A DNA stretch of 64,000 nucleotides from an uncultured Alphaproteobacteria bacterium. GTDB taxonomy: Bacteria > Pseudomonadota > Alphaproteobacteria > Rs-D84. Shown here piece after piece: positions 1 to 9,394 of the stretch. The stretch is taken from contig CAUTNA010000001.1 in NCBI GenBank assembly GCA_963540515.1, positions 74,699 to 138,698 of the forward strand, read 5' to 3'. Under the pieces are notes generated by a model. It ran no database searches. It had not been told where the DNA came from and saw nothing but the letters and a program-made list of their open reading frames with translations. Numbering within the stretch: the stretch's first letter is position 1; each line of letters starts with the position of its first letter. Both the position numbers and the translations under genes were made by a program.

Positions 1-2384
1 TTTCCATCTTGATATATAATTATATCTATTGGCTCTGGCTGTGGACTTGATCCTCTTAATATTAACTTAATATTAGATGTTAATCTTTTATTATTAAAAG
101 TTAAATCACCATATATATCACTATGATAAAGAGATAAAGAAAAAGGTAAAGATGTTTTAAATATACCAGAATTATAATCACCAGTAATATTTAATTTTTT
201 AATTCTCGATTCTCCACCTTCTATTAAATCAGATAACATCCTTTCAGCATTTAATATAGTTATACTATCAGATGAAGAATAAAAATTATCAACTCCTAAA
301 CCTTCTAGTAAACCTCCTTCAAAAGAAAGGTTCATATTTCCATTCATATTATTCCAAATATCATATGCTATATTTCCATTAGTATTTAATTTAATTTCAG
401 CTGTTAATAAACTACCTTTTATATTTAATGGTGAAGAAAATGTAAAAAACTTATTTAATATTTTAAATCTATTGAGTTTTACTGTTATATCATAATTATT
501 ATCAGATTTTATAATATCTGTAAGTAAACTACCTTGTTCATTATCAGATATAGAAAATACTTGTTTATTGTCATTTAAGGAATATGTGAATTTTGAGTAC
601 TGCATTCCATTATAAAGTAATTTATCAATAGATATTGATAAATTAAACGGAAACTTGAAAATTAGTATTATTGGATCTTGGGATATAAACTGATTTTCAT
701 CATAATTATCAAAATATTCTTTTTGTATAAAATTATCTATATCTAAAAATTCTGACCATAAAGTAATATTATTATCTGTTAAACTACCCGTAAAATTATA
801 ACCATTTATAGTAATGGTTAAATTAGATATATTTGAATTACTATAATTACCAGATATTGAAAAATGTAAATTATCTTTTACAAATGGTAAATCAACATTC
901 TTAAATATTTTTTTTACATTATTTCCATTTAAATAAAAACTATTTTCCTTTATAAGCAATGAAAAATTATGGGAATATGGTTCAAAAAATATTGAATCAT
1001 TTTTCCAACTAAAATCTCCTTTTTCATCAAGTATAAAATCAGGTAAAAAACTCAATTTTTTATTTACCCATCTTAAACTCTTATTTCTTACAAAATCGTA
1101 TTTAGATTCTATATTTTTATTATTAAATATAATCTCCCCTTTAGTATCTGAAAATTTAAATTTAATCAAACCTTTTGAGCCTAATTTATTTAATTTATTT
1201 TCTAAAAACTTATAATCAGGCATATTTTTATCAGATTCTATTGTTAATTCAAAATTGTTTCCTTTATTTACAAGACTACCTTTAAAATCAGCATATTTTA
1301 AAGAATCACAAATCCAATTATCTATATTTCCAGAAAAAATACATTTTAAATTAATACCATCAACTTCAGTTTCTAGATTAATATTATTTGCACCAACGTC
1401 TGTTATATTTCCACCATTTAATGAAGTAGTATCCGCAATTATATTTTCTATAAAAACTTTTGAGTTAACACTTTTTACTTTTGCTTTTATATGACTAAAT
1501 ATCTTTTCTTTAAGTTTTAGCTTTCCATAAAAATTAATATCTAAGTTTAAATTAGAGATAGGGATCTTATTTGATAATATAAAAGACATATCATATATTA
1601 AATTTAAAGCATTCAAATTAATATCTCTTAATATTCCATCTTCAAATAAGATTTCTCCAGTTATTTCATCTGAATTTATATTATATATTCTTAAACTATT
1701 TTCTCCGTTCCAATAAAATTCACTTTTAAAATTATTTAGATCTGGCAATTCAATATTTTCTATACTAAAAACATTTTTTAAATTTATTTTAGATATTAAT
1801 TTTCCTTTTATAGATCCATCTTTATACGAATTTCCATAAATATTTATACCATTATTAAAATCATTAATAGTAAATTCATTACTTGTAATATTTGCATTGT
1901 ACAAAATATTATTAATATATATATTTCCAATAAAATTATCTTTAAAGATTGTTCCATTTTCAATTACACATTTCTTATTTTTATACTCTATAACAAAATT
2001 TTTAATATCCATTTTATAAGTGTAATTTATAGACTTAAGTGATTCTAACTTTATAAATCCACCATCTATAACGATTCTATTTGATAGCTCAGCAATACTA
2101 GGATGAAATATATCTAATAAAGGTATACCAAACCTTACCCAATTTATATTACCATTTTCAAAAACTACATTATTCGCAACTAATGTAATTTTTCCTAATA
2201 AACTGAAATTTATATTCCCTTTTATTTCAACTTTTTTCCCAGTATTATTTAAAATCGTTGTTTCTAGTTTCTCTTTTAAATGATTTAAATTTAAAAATGG
2301 TGGAATTATTATAATAAACAGTAAAAAAACTGTAAAAAATAAACAAAAACTCCAAAAAATTCTTCTTTTATAACGAGGTTTCAA
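1..2384 (-). CDS. AsmA-family outer-membrane biogenesis protein. Partial: the N-terminus is in the window and the C-terminus lies beyond position 1. Probable TTG start at 2384.
   Basis: One continuous minus-strand frame runs from ~2384 to the window edge with no stop. It reads SRRERILKPRYKRRIFWSFCLFFTVFLLFIIIIPP..., i.e. an N-terminal signal-anchor. A long, Asn/Ile-rich beta-rich body follows, as in AsmA/TamB-like proteins. There is no in-frame ATG; an in-frame TAA lies just upstream of the TTG. It is absent from the ORF track because it runs off the window. Confidence 0.45.
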   Translation of the reverse strand, partial: MKPRYKRRIFWSFCLFFTVFLLFIIIIPPFLNLNHLKEKLETTILNNTGKKVEIKGNINFSLLGKITLVANNVVFENGNINWVRFGIPLLDIFHPSIAELSNRIVIDGGFIKLESLKSINYTYKMDIKNFVIEYKNKKCVIENGTIFKDNFIGNIYINNILYNANITSNEFTINDFNNGINIYGNSYKDGSIKGKLISKINLKNVFSIENIELPDLNNFKSEFYWNGENSLRIYNINSDEITGEILFEDGILRDINLNALNLIYDMSFILSNKIPISNLNLDINFYGKLKLKEKIFSHIKAKVKSVNSKVFIENIIADTTSLNGGNITDVGANNINLETEVDGINLKCIFSGNIDNWICDSLKYADFKGSLVNKGNNFELTIESDKNMPDYKFLENKLNKLGSKGLIKFKFSDTKGEIIFNNKNIESKYDFVRNKSLRWVNKKLSFLPDFILDEKGDFSWKNDSIFFEPYSHNFSLLIKENSFYLNGNNVKKIFKNVDLPFVKDNLHFSISGNYSNSNISNLTITINGYNFTGSLTDNNITLWSEFLDIDNFIQKEYFDNYDENQFISQDPIILIFKFPFNLSISIDKLLYNGMQYSKFTYSLNDNKQVFSISDNEQGSLLTDIIKSDNNYDITVKLNRFKILNKFFTFSSPLNIKGSLLTAEIKLNTNGNIAYDIWNNMNGNMNLSFEGGLLEGLGVDNFYSSSDSITILNAERMLSDLIEGGESRIKKLNITGDYNSGIFKTSLPFSLSLYHSDIYGDLTFNNKRLTSNIKLILRGSSPQPEPIDIIIYQDG

Positions 2385-2456
2385 AATTCTCTCTCTTCTT
2401 GATTTAAAATTATAATTTATTATATTTATTTCAGTCAATATTTATTGGAATATTAA

Positions 2457-4436
2457 TTGATAAAAAATATTTTCAATCTTAAAAGTAATTTTTCTCCTAC
2501 TGGAGACCAACCAAGAGCTATTAAAGAATTAACAGAAGGACTAAAAGAAAATAAAAAATCACAAACTCTTCTTGGTGTTACTGGATCAGGTAAAACATTT
2601 ACTATGGCAAATGTTATAAATAATATGAATAGACCCACATTAATAATGGCACCAAATAAGATTTTAGCGGCTCAATTATACTCAGAAATGAAAGATTTCT
2701 TTCCAGAAAACCATGTAGAATATTTTGTCTCTTATTATGATTATTACCAACCAGAGGCTTATAAACCAACAACAGATACATATATTGATAAAGATGCAAG
2801 TATAAATGAACAATTAGATAGAATGAGGCATAGTGCAACTATGTCTATGTTGACCTATAAAGATGTTATTGTAGTATCCTCAGTATCTTCAATTTATGGA
2901 ATGGGAGATCCAGTTCAATATAACGATATGAAAATAACTTTTTCCATAAATGATGAAATAAATTTAAAAGAAACGATAATTAAACTTGTTAATATTCAAT
3001 ACTCAAGAAATGATGTTGACTTCAATAGAGGAGAATTTAGAACACGCGGAGATTCATTAGATATATTTCCTCCATATTCTCAGAATTACGCATATAGATT
3101 ATCATTCTTTGATAATAAAATAGAAAGCATTTCGGAATTTGATACTCTAACAGGACTTAGTATTAAAAAAATCTCAAGTATATCACTTTTTCCAAATACT
3201 CATTACGCAACACCAATGGATATAATAAGAAAATCTATAAAACAAATCAGAATTGATTTGAATGAAAGGCTTAAATATTTTCAATCAAATATGAAATATA
3301 TTGAAGAACAAAGACTTAAAGAAAGAGTTAATTTTGATATAGAAATGATGGAAACAACTGGAACATGCAGAGGAATAGAAAATTATTCAAGATATTTATC
3401 AGGAAGAGAAGTTGGTGAACCACCAACTACATTATTTGAATACTTACCAAAAGATTCAATTTTATTTATTGATGAAAGTCATGTGACGATTCCTCAAATA
3501 GCTGCTATGTCCAGAGGAGATAGAGCAAGAAAAGAAACTCTATCACAATATGGATTTAGATTGCCGTCTTGTATAGATAATAGACCACTGACTTTTGAAG
3601 AATGGGATAATATTCGTCCTCAAACTATATTTGTATCTGCAACTCCATCAACATTTGAATTAGAACAATCAAAAGGAATTATATCTGAGCAACTAATCAG
3701 ACCAACAGGCTTATTAGATCCTGAGTGTGAAATAAGACCTATTGATAATCAAGTCGATAATATATTATTTGAAATAAAAAAAACAAAAGGATCTGTCCTT
3801 ATTACTACACTAACAAAAAAATTAGCTGAACAATTAACAGAATACTTAAATGAAAATAATGTTAAAGCAAAATATTTGCATAGTGATATTGAAACATTAG
3901 AAAGGATAGAATTAATAAACTCTCTTAGGAAAGGCGATTTTAATGTTCTTGTTGGTATTAATTTGCTTAGAGAAGGATTAGATATACCAGAATGTGAGCT
4001 TGTTGCTATTATGGATGCAGATAAAGAAGGTTTTTTAAGGTCTACACGTTCTTTAATCCAGACTATTGGAAGAGCAGCAAGAAATGTAAAAGGAAGAGTT
4101 ATTTTATATGCTGACAAAATAACAGATTCTATAAAAAACGCTATGGATGAAACATATAGAAGACGAAATATTCAAAAGGAATATAATAAAAAAAATGGTA
4201 TAATTCCTAGAACTATAGAAAAAACAATAAAGAATATTGATTATCAAACTAAAGATTCTACAAAGAAATTTTTATATACTGAAAAAGGAATTCTTGATTC
4301 AAAAGACATTCACAAAGAAATTAAATTACTTAAATTAAAAATGAAAAAATTTGCAGAAAATTTAGAATTTGAAAAAGCAGCTCAATTACGTGATACAATA
4401 AATAAACTTGAAGAAAATTTATTAACATTAGAATAG
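2457..4436 (+). CDS. uvrB: Excinuclease ABC subunit B (UvrB)
   Basis: Shows the N-terminal FxPxGDQPxAI motif, the Walker A motif GVTGSGKTFT, helicase motifs and a C-terminal UvrB/UvrC interaction helix. 659 aa. Confidence 0.95.
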   Translation: MIKNIFNLKSNFSPTGDQPRAIKELTEGLKENKKSQTLLGVTGSGKTFTMANVINNMNRPTLIMAPNKILAAQLYSEMKDFFPENHVEYFVSYYDYYQPEAYKPTTDTYIDKDASINEQLDRMRHSATMSMLTYKDVIVVSSVSSIYGMGDPVQYNDMKITFSINDEINLKETIIKLVNIQYSRNDVDFNRGEFRTRGDSLDIFPPYSQNYAYRLSFFDNKIESISEFDTLTGLSIKKISSISLFPNTHYATPMDIIRKSIKQIRIDLNERLKYFQSNMKYIEEQRLKERVNFDIEMMETTGTCRGIENYSRYLSGREVGEPPTTLFEYLPKDSILFIDESHVTIPQIAAMSRGDRARKETLSQYGFRLPSCIDNRPLTFEEWDNIRPQTIFVSATPSTFELEQSKGIISEQLIRPTGLLDPECEIRPIDNQVDNILFEIKKTKGSVLITTLTKKLAEQLTEYLNENNVKAKYLHSDIETLERIELINSLRKGDFNVLVGINLLREGLDIPECELVAIMDADKEGFLRSTRSLIQTIGRAARNVKGRVILYADKITDSIKNAMDETYRRRNIQKEYNKKNGIIPRTIEKTIKNIDYQTKDSTKKFLYTEKGILDSKDIHKEIKLLKLKMKKFAENLEFEKAAQLRDTINKLEENLLTLE

Positions 4437-4440
4437 AAAT

Positions 4441-4839
4441 ATGAAAGAAATTATATTAGAAAATCTTGAAAAAACAAAACAATGGTCAGAAGATTTTGCA
4501 AAAAAAATTAGAAAACCTCAAACAATTGCTTTATACGGAACTTTAGGAATTGGAAAATCAGAAATTGCAAGAAACATCATAAAAACCCTTAAAGGTAATG
4601 ATACAGTTGTACCAAGTCCCACTTTTACAATTGTTCAAAATTATGATGGAATTTCTCATTTCGATTTATACAGAATTAAAGACGAAAGTGAACTAATAGA
4701 AATTGGTTTATTAAATTCCATTGAAAATGATATCACCTTAATAGAATGGCCAGAAATAGCAAAACATTTATTACCTAAAAACACAATACATATATATATT
4801 AAAGAATTTAAAAATGGTAGAAAAATAAAAATTATTTAG
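4441..4839 (+). CDS. tsaE: tRNA threonylcarbamoyladenosine biosynthesis ATPase TsaE
   Basis: P-loop ALYGTLGIGKSE, SPTFTIVQNY and HFDLYRI motifs. 132 aa. Confidence 0.8.
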   Translation: MKEIILENLEKTKQWSEDFAKKIRKPQTIALYGTLGIGKSEIARNIIKTLKGNDTVVPSPTFTIVQNYDGISHFDLYRIKDESELIEIGLLNSIENDITLIEWPEIAKHLLPKNTIHIYIKEFKNGRKIKII

Positions 4840-6601
4840 ATAATAAATTCTGAATAGTCATTGATAAATCATTAGATTTATATATAGAAGAAGAACAAAC
4901 TATAAAATCAGCTCCTGCATTCCAACAAATTTTTGAATATTCTTCTGTAATATCTCCACAAACTATTATATTAAATTTAAGATCATACTTTCTTCTAGTA
5001 TTTACCAAAATTATTATTTTATTAACAATATCTTTATTAAATTTATCAATTTCTGAACCAGAGTTAGAAGACATAATAAAAATATCATCTATCATTTTCA
5101 AAAAAGGTTTGATTAATAATATTTTTGTAGAAGGTTCTATTGATATACCAACTTTTTTACCTAGTTTTTTTATTTTATTTAAAATATTATACACATTATT
5201 TATTTCAAGTGGAATAATTATACCATCAACACCTATTTTAGATAGTTGTTTTATTAAAGTATTTGGATTTATCATCATTAAATGAACATAAAAATAACCC
5301 GATATTTTTGATTTTATATATTCTATTTCTTGTATACTTCCATATATTCTGTTAACAAAAAAACCATCCATAATAGTTGTATAAAAAAAAGATAAATTTA
5401 AAGATTTAAATAAATCTAATTTTGAATTATCACTTAAATCAAAATCTTTTATATTTAAAATTATTGGATTTAAAAAATTTTTTTGTTTTTTAGAAAAAAA
5501 CTTAAATACAGAACTAAAAAGTTTATCCCTTCTATTTTTTTTATTTATATATCTTAAGAATGATTTTATTTCATTTTTAAAAACATATTCAGATAAACTT
5601 TTTATCGTAGCTTCTGTTCCAAGATTTACAGAATTAATATTAAACCAATCGTTAAATATGGTTTTTATATACTTTCTATTTGATCCTGATACAAATATCT
5701 TATTAACATTATGTTTTTTTAAACACTCTGAAATTTCATTTTCAAAAATACTTAATAATTCTCTATATGCAGATAAAATTATTTTTTTTAATTCTTCTTT
5801 TGTAAAATCAAATTTATCGCTTACAGGAAAATATCTATCATTTTCTTCTATTGATAAATTTATAATTTCTTTCTCCATTAAATAAGCATCTTCAAAATTT
5901 ATATTTAATGTATTTAAAATCTTTTCAATCACAAAATTTTTTCCAAATTTTACAGTCTTAAAAAATACAGGACCTGTTTCCTTCCAAATTGATAAATTTG
6001 TAAAATCATTTTCTAAATTAACAATTAAACAAACATCTTCTTGTTTTCTATATTTTTGAGCAATTACAAAAGAACCGTCCAATATAACTTCTAGCTCTAA
6101 TTTTGAATGATACAAATAAGAATATATTTTCTGTAAATCAGGTTTATTATATGCAATCACACTAAAAATAGAACCTAAGTTATAATCATCAATACCTATT
6201 GGAGATTTTAAATTTTTATTATTATCTGTAGTATATTTTATAGGAATAATATGAATTGGTAAATAATCAGGATTATCTTCTTCATTTTTAATTAACAAAT
6301 GATCAATTTGTTTTTTTATATCATTTGAATTTATTTTATGTAAAATATTTTTATATAAACATTTTTTTTTATAAAAAATAGTATTTTCAATATTTGATAC
6401 AACATAAGCGAACTCAAATCTTGTATTTATTTTTTTTTCAAGCTCATCTAATATTTCCTTTATTGCGTATTCAGCATTTGAATTCTCTATAGATAATATC
6501 TCTGACTGAACTATTTTAGCAGAACGAATTTTATGAGCTAATCCATAAACAATTCCCTCTCCTATACTTAAAAATAAAACCTCAGATTTAGATAATTTCA
6601 T
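4832..6601 (-). CDS. Fusion protein. N-terminus is a degenerate FtsA-like (actin-fold cell-division) domain. C-terminus is a degenerate ribulose-phosphate 3-epimerase (Rpe)-like TIM-barrel domain.
   Basis: Lies immediately downstream of ftsQ with a 4-nt ATGA overlap. The N-terminus reads VLFLSIGEGIVYGLAHKI where FtsA has LDIGTSKI, and its phosphate-2 motif is weakened (IFVSGSNRKY). The C-terminal ~215 aa carry Rpe hallmarks (IMDGFFVN, YVHLMMINP, GVDGIIIPLE, MSSNSGSE, GADFIVCSSSIY), but several metal ligands are substituted. One uninterrupted 589-aa ORF. Confidence 0.5.
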   Translation of the reverse strand: MKLSKSEVLFLSIGEGIVYGLAHKIRSAKIVQSEILSIENSNAEYAIKEILDELEKKINTRFEFAYVVSNIENTIFYKKKCLYKNILHKINSNDIKKQIDHLLIKNEEDNPDYLPIHIIPIKYTTDNNKNLKSPIGIDDYNLGSIFSVIAYNKPDLQKIYSYLYHSKLELEVILDGSFVIAQKYRKQEDVCLIVNLENDFTNLSIWKETGPVFFKTVKFGKNFVIEKILNTLNINFEDAYLMEKEIINLSIEENDRYFPVSDKFDFTKEELKKIILSAYRELLSIFENEISECLKKHNVNKIFVSGSNRKYIKTIFNDWFNINSVNLGTEATIKSLSEYVFKNEIKSFLRYINKKNRRDKLFSSVFKFFSKKQKNFLNPIILNIKDFDLSDNSKLDLFKSLNLSFFYTTIMDGFFVNRIYGSIQEIEYIKSKISGYFYVHLMMINPNTLIKQLSKIGVDGIIIPLEINNVYNILNKIKKLGKKVGISIEPSTKILLIKPFLKMIDDIFIMSSNSGSEIDKFNKDIVNKIIILVNTRRKYDLKFNIIVCGDITEEYSKICWNAGADFIVCSSSIYKSNDLSMTIQNLLSK

Positions 6602-7269
6602 TTTAGTTTAACAATTATATTTTCATTTCTTAAATCAATAAATTCTATTTTCTTAGAAAAAACATCATTCAAATTATTAATTGTCATAAAAGACCTTAAT
6701 ATTTTATATGGATTTTTTTCTGGTAATTTTATAATCAATCCATTTTTAAAATAAATATTCCATCTCCTATCTTCTATCCAACTGACATAATCGATTTTAT
6801 CAATTAAACCTTTTAATTCTGAAGTTATAGATATAATATTTGATGGTACTTTTCCTTTTATAACAAGAAATTTATTGTTAACCTTTTGATAACTAGAAAT
6901 AATTTTTCCTTCACTTGAAATTATAAAATAATTTTTTCCATCCGTCCATAAAGCAACAGGTTTATATTTTTCTATTTTTAATACAACTGAACCATTTGAT
7001 AATTTTCTAATAGATGATTTTTTTACATCAGGTATTGTAGAAATTTTCTTACTAAGTTCTTTCAAATTCAAAGAATCAATTTTTGATTTGTTATCTATAT
7101 TCAAAAGTAAAACAAATTCATTAATATTTTTATCTTCTGTATAAATTGAAATTTTTTTTACATATGGACTATTACCTAATATATATCTATTAATAATAAC
7201 TATTATAAAATAACTAATAAAAATAATTGTTAAAAATAAATTAATAAAAAGTAATATTTTTTGTTTCAT
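6598..7269 (-). CDS. ftsQ: Cell division protein FtsQ (POTRA domain)
   Basis: Has an N-terminal transmembrane segment and a POTRA-like region, and sits at the dcw-cluster position directly upstream of the ftsA-like gene. 223 aa. Confidence 0.7.
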   Translation of the reverse strand: MKQKILLFINLFLTIIFISYFIIVIINRYILGNSPYVKKISIYTEDKNINEFVLLLNIDNKSKIDSLNLKELSKKISTIPDVKKSSIRKLSNGSVVLKIEKYKPVALWTDGKNYFIISSEGKIISSYQKVNNKFLVIKGKVPSNIISITSELKGLIDKIDYVSWIEDRRWNIYFKNGLIIKLPEKNPYKILRSFMTINNLNDVFSKKIEFIDLRNENIIVKLK

Positions 7270-7279
7270 AAAAATTTAA

Positions 7280-7660
7280 TTACTTAGCTCTTAATAAATA
7301 ACCATGCTTAAACATACATTTTCTGTATGCCCCAATTGATTTAGAGCTCGAATTTGGAGGAACAGACATTAACGATCTTTGTCCTATATCTGCATACTCA
7401 TTAGATTGAAAAGTAACCCACAAACCATTCCATTTTGGCATTTGAGGGCTTTGATTAGGAGATAATAATTTTGCTATACGAGATCTTGGCATATGAGAAG
7501 GAGTGTCTACCCCCAAACAACTTTTATGATCTCTAACAAACTGTTCTGCAGTTACAGCATCATTTTCCCAATTTAATATAGTTGCATCATCTATACTTCC
7601 ACTATTTACAGATGCACAAGAAGATAATAATAAAAATAAAATTAATTTATAAAATTTCAT
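7280..7660 (-). CDS. Small Cys-containing lipoprotein of unknown function
   Basis: Signal peptide with lipobox LLLSSC. 126 aa. No recognisable catalytic motif. Confidence 0.4.
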   Translation of the reverse strand: MKFYKLILFLLLSSCASVNSGSIDDATILNWENDAVTAEQFVRDHKSCLGVDTPSHMPRSRIAKLLSPNQSPQMPKWNGLWVTFQSNEYADIGQRSLMSVPPNSSSKSIGAYRKCMFKHGYLLRAK

Positions 7661-7725
7661 CCATTTTATTATAATTTAATTGCTTTTTTGTATCAATAAA
7701 ATTTATAATCCTATTAGGTTTTATT

Positions 7726-8049
7726 ATGTCTGAATTAGCTGTTAATAAATTTATAAGTTTAATAAAATTTTACAATCAATTGATGAGTGTATCTTCTGCA
7801 ATATGTGTAAAAAAACATGGGATTCCTATGGAAAATTATATTGGAAGATTTTTTATTGCAGATACACTTGAGTTTATTACAGAGTTTGGTAAAAAACTTG
7901 ATGATGATAAATTATTAGACAATTCTTTAAAAGAAGCTCTAGAAAACTTGATAATTCAATTCGAATCTGCAAAAGATTTGGTTACACCAACTCAAAAACC
8001 AGTTTATGAAATGACATTAGAAGAATTTGAAAAAGTTATGAATATTTAA
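7726..8049 (+). CDS. Hypothetical cytoplasmic protein, co-oriented with and 2 nt upstream of the secretin-like gene
   Basis: 107-aa ORF with no transmembrane segment or signal peptide. Its stop at 8049 is directly followed by the start of the next ORF at 8052. Confidence 0.35.
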   Translation: MSELAVNKFISLIKFYNQLMSVSSAICVKKHGIPMENYIGRFFIADTLEFITEFGKKLDDDKLLDNSLKEALENLIIQFESAKDLVTPTQKPVYEMTLEEFEKVMNI

Positions 8050-8051
8050 TT

Positions 8052-9386
8052 ATGGAAAAACATACAATGAATATTTTTTTTAAATTAATAATCTTTTTAA
8101 TTATTCCATTTCTTTTGTATTCTTGTAATAAACAAAATGGAAGCTCTGATTATAAAACTGTAAATGTTTATGAAAATTTAGTTGTTAGTGAGAACTCAGT
8201 TCCTATTTTTCCGAAAAAAGCTGCTCTTACAACAGATACAGCAAGAAGATTTTCAATTGATTTACCAAAAAGATGTACAGTTGATTGGAATAACCAGAAT
8301 GTATTTTCTATAATACCGGAAGAAAAAGTTGAAATAATTCGTCTAAATAAAGGAGATGAATTACCTAATTTAAATGTTTCAGAATATGAATTTTCAAATA
8401 TAACTGTAAAAGAAACTTTAGAAAAACTTCTAGAAGGAACAGATATAGATGTTGTTCAAGATGAACCTACTTCTGAAAAAATATCAGGTTTTATAAAATC
8501 AGGAACTCTTTCAGATTCTTTAGAGTTAATTTCTAAAATGGGAAAAATTTATTATTCCTATGATAACGATTCCAAGGAAATTCATTTGTCTGGTCATTCA
8601 AAATGGCTTATGAAAATGCCAAAGGATGAGAATATTATTATTGCTTTAATAGATGCTATGCATGGATTAGATATGAGAAATTTACTTGTAGATTGGGAGG
8701 ATAAAACTCTTGTTTTTGAAGGAAACTTTCAGACAGAAAAAGAAGTTCAAAAAATAGTATCTGCTTTTAGTTCAAAAAAAACTTTGATTGCTTGGGATAT
8801 AGATATTTATCGTGTATATCCAAGAACAGATAATCCTATTGTTTGGATGAATATATTGTCTGCTTTTGGTAATAATAATATAAAAATGTCTGTTCCTGGT
8901 GTTGTTGGAAGAATGTTAGTTGTAAGCCCAGAAATAAATACAAAAACACTACAAAAATTTTTGTATGGTCAAGCAAATGTTGTATTAATATCTCAAGGTA
9001 CTTTTATATTACCAGATAATTGGCAATCAAGATTTGATATAGGACAATGTAGTAGAGAAGAAAGGTTAGAAACAGATCTTATAATAGGAGCAACTGCAAA
9101 ATATGCAGATTTTGCTGGTAGAAATAAAATTGATGCAAAAATTGTTTTAAGAACAAAACGAGGAGAATTATCTTCTTTTAGAGTTCCAACAAAAATAGGT
9201 GATAACTATGTAATAATTGGTATTCCAACACATTCTTTTGTGAATACTGAGAAAACTATAATAAACCCATTCTCTGAATTAGTTGTATTTATGAGTCCAA
9301 GACTAATATCTATTTCTGAAGGTATAAAAGATATGCCAAAAACAGAATTATCTGGAAATGCACTTAGAGAATATCTTAACGAATAA
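8052..9386 (+). CDS. Secretin-like outer-membrane lipoprotein (type IVb pilus / T2SS family, BfpB/PilN/RcpA-like)
   Basis: Signal peptide plus lipobox (FLLYSC). Has an N-terminal secretin N0/STN-like segment (NITVKETLEKLLEGTDIDVVQDE...ISGFIKSG). The C-terminal secretin-domain signature is present (ANVVLISQGTF...RVPTKIGDNYVIIGIPT...ELVVFMSPRLISI). 444 aa. Confidence 0.55.
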   Translation: MEKHTMNIFFKLIIFLIIPFLLYSCNKQNGSSDYKTVNVYENLVVSENSVPIFPKKAALTTDTARRFSIDLPKRCTVDWNNQNVFSIIPEEKVEIIRLNKGDELPNLNVSEYEFSNITVKETLEKLLEGTDIDVVQDEPTSEKISGFIKSGTLSDSLELISKMGKIYYSYDNDSKEIHLSGHSKWLMKMPKDENIIIALIDAMHGLDMRNLLVDWEDKTLVFEGNFQTEKEVQKIVSAFSSKKTLIAWDIDIYRVYPRTDNPIVWMNILSAFGNNNIKMSVPGVVGRMLVVSPEINTKTLQKFLYGQANVVLISQGTFILPDNWQSRFDIGQCSREERLETDLIIGATAKYADFAGRNKIDAKIVLRTKRGELSSFRVPTKIGDNYVIIGIPTHSFVNTEKTIINPFSELVVFMSPRLISISEGIKDMPKTELSGNALREYLNE

Positions 9387-9394
9387 GGTAAAAT

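Noticed and set aside
1255-1494. 79-aa plus-strand ORF inside the AsmA-like region
   Set aside because: It is antisense to a long continuous minus-strand frame with coherent protein-like composition. It is a low-complexity AT-rich frame, typical of spurious antisense ORFs.
2453-4117. Minus-strand ORFs 2453..2638, 2614..2838 and 3749..4117 overlapping uvrB
   Set aside because: They are embedded antisense in a strongly supported UvrB coding frame. No motifs.
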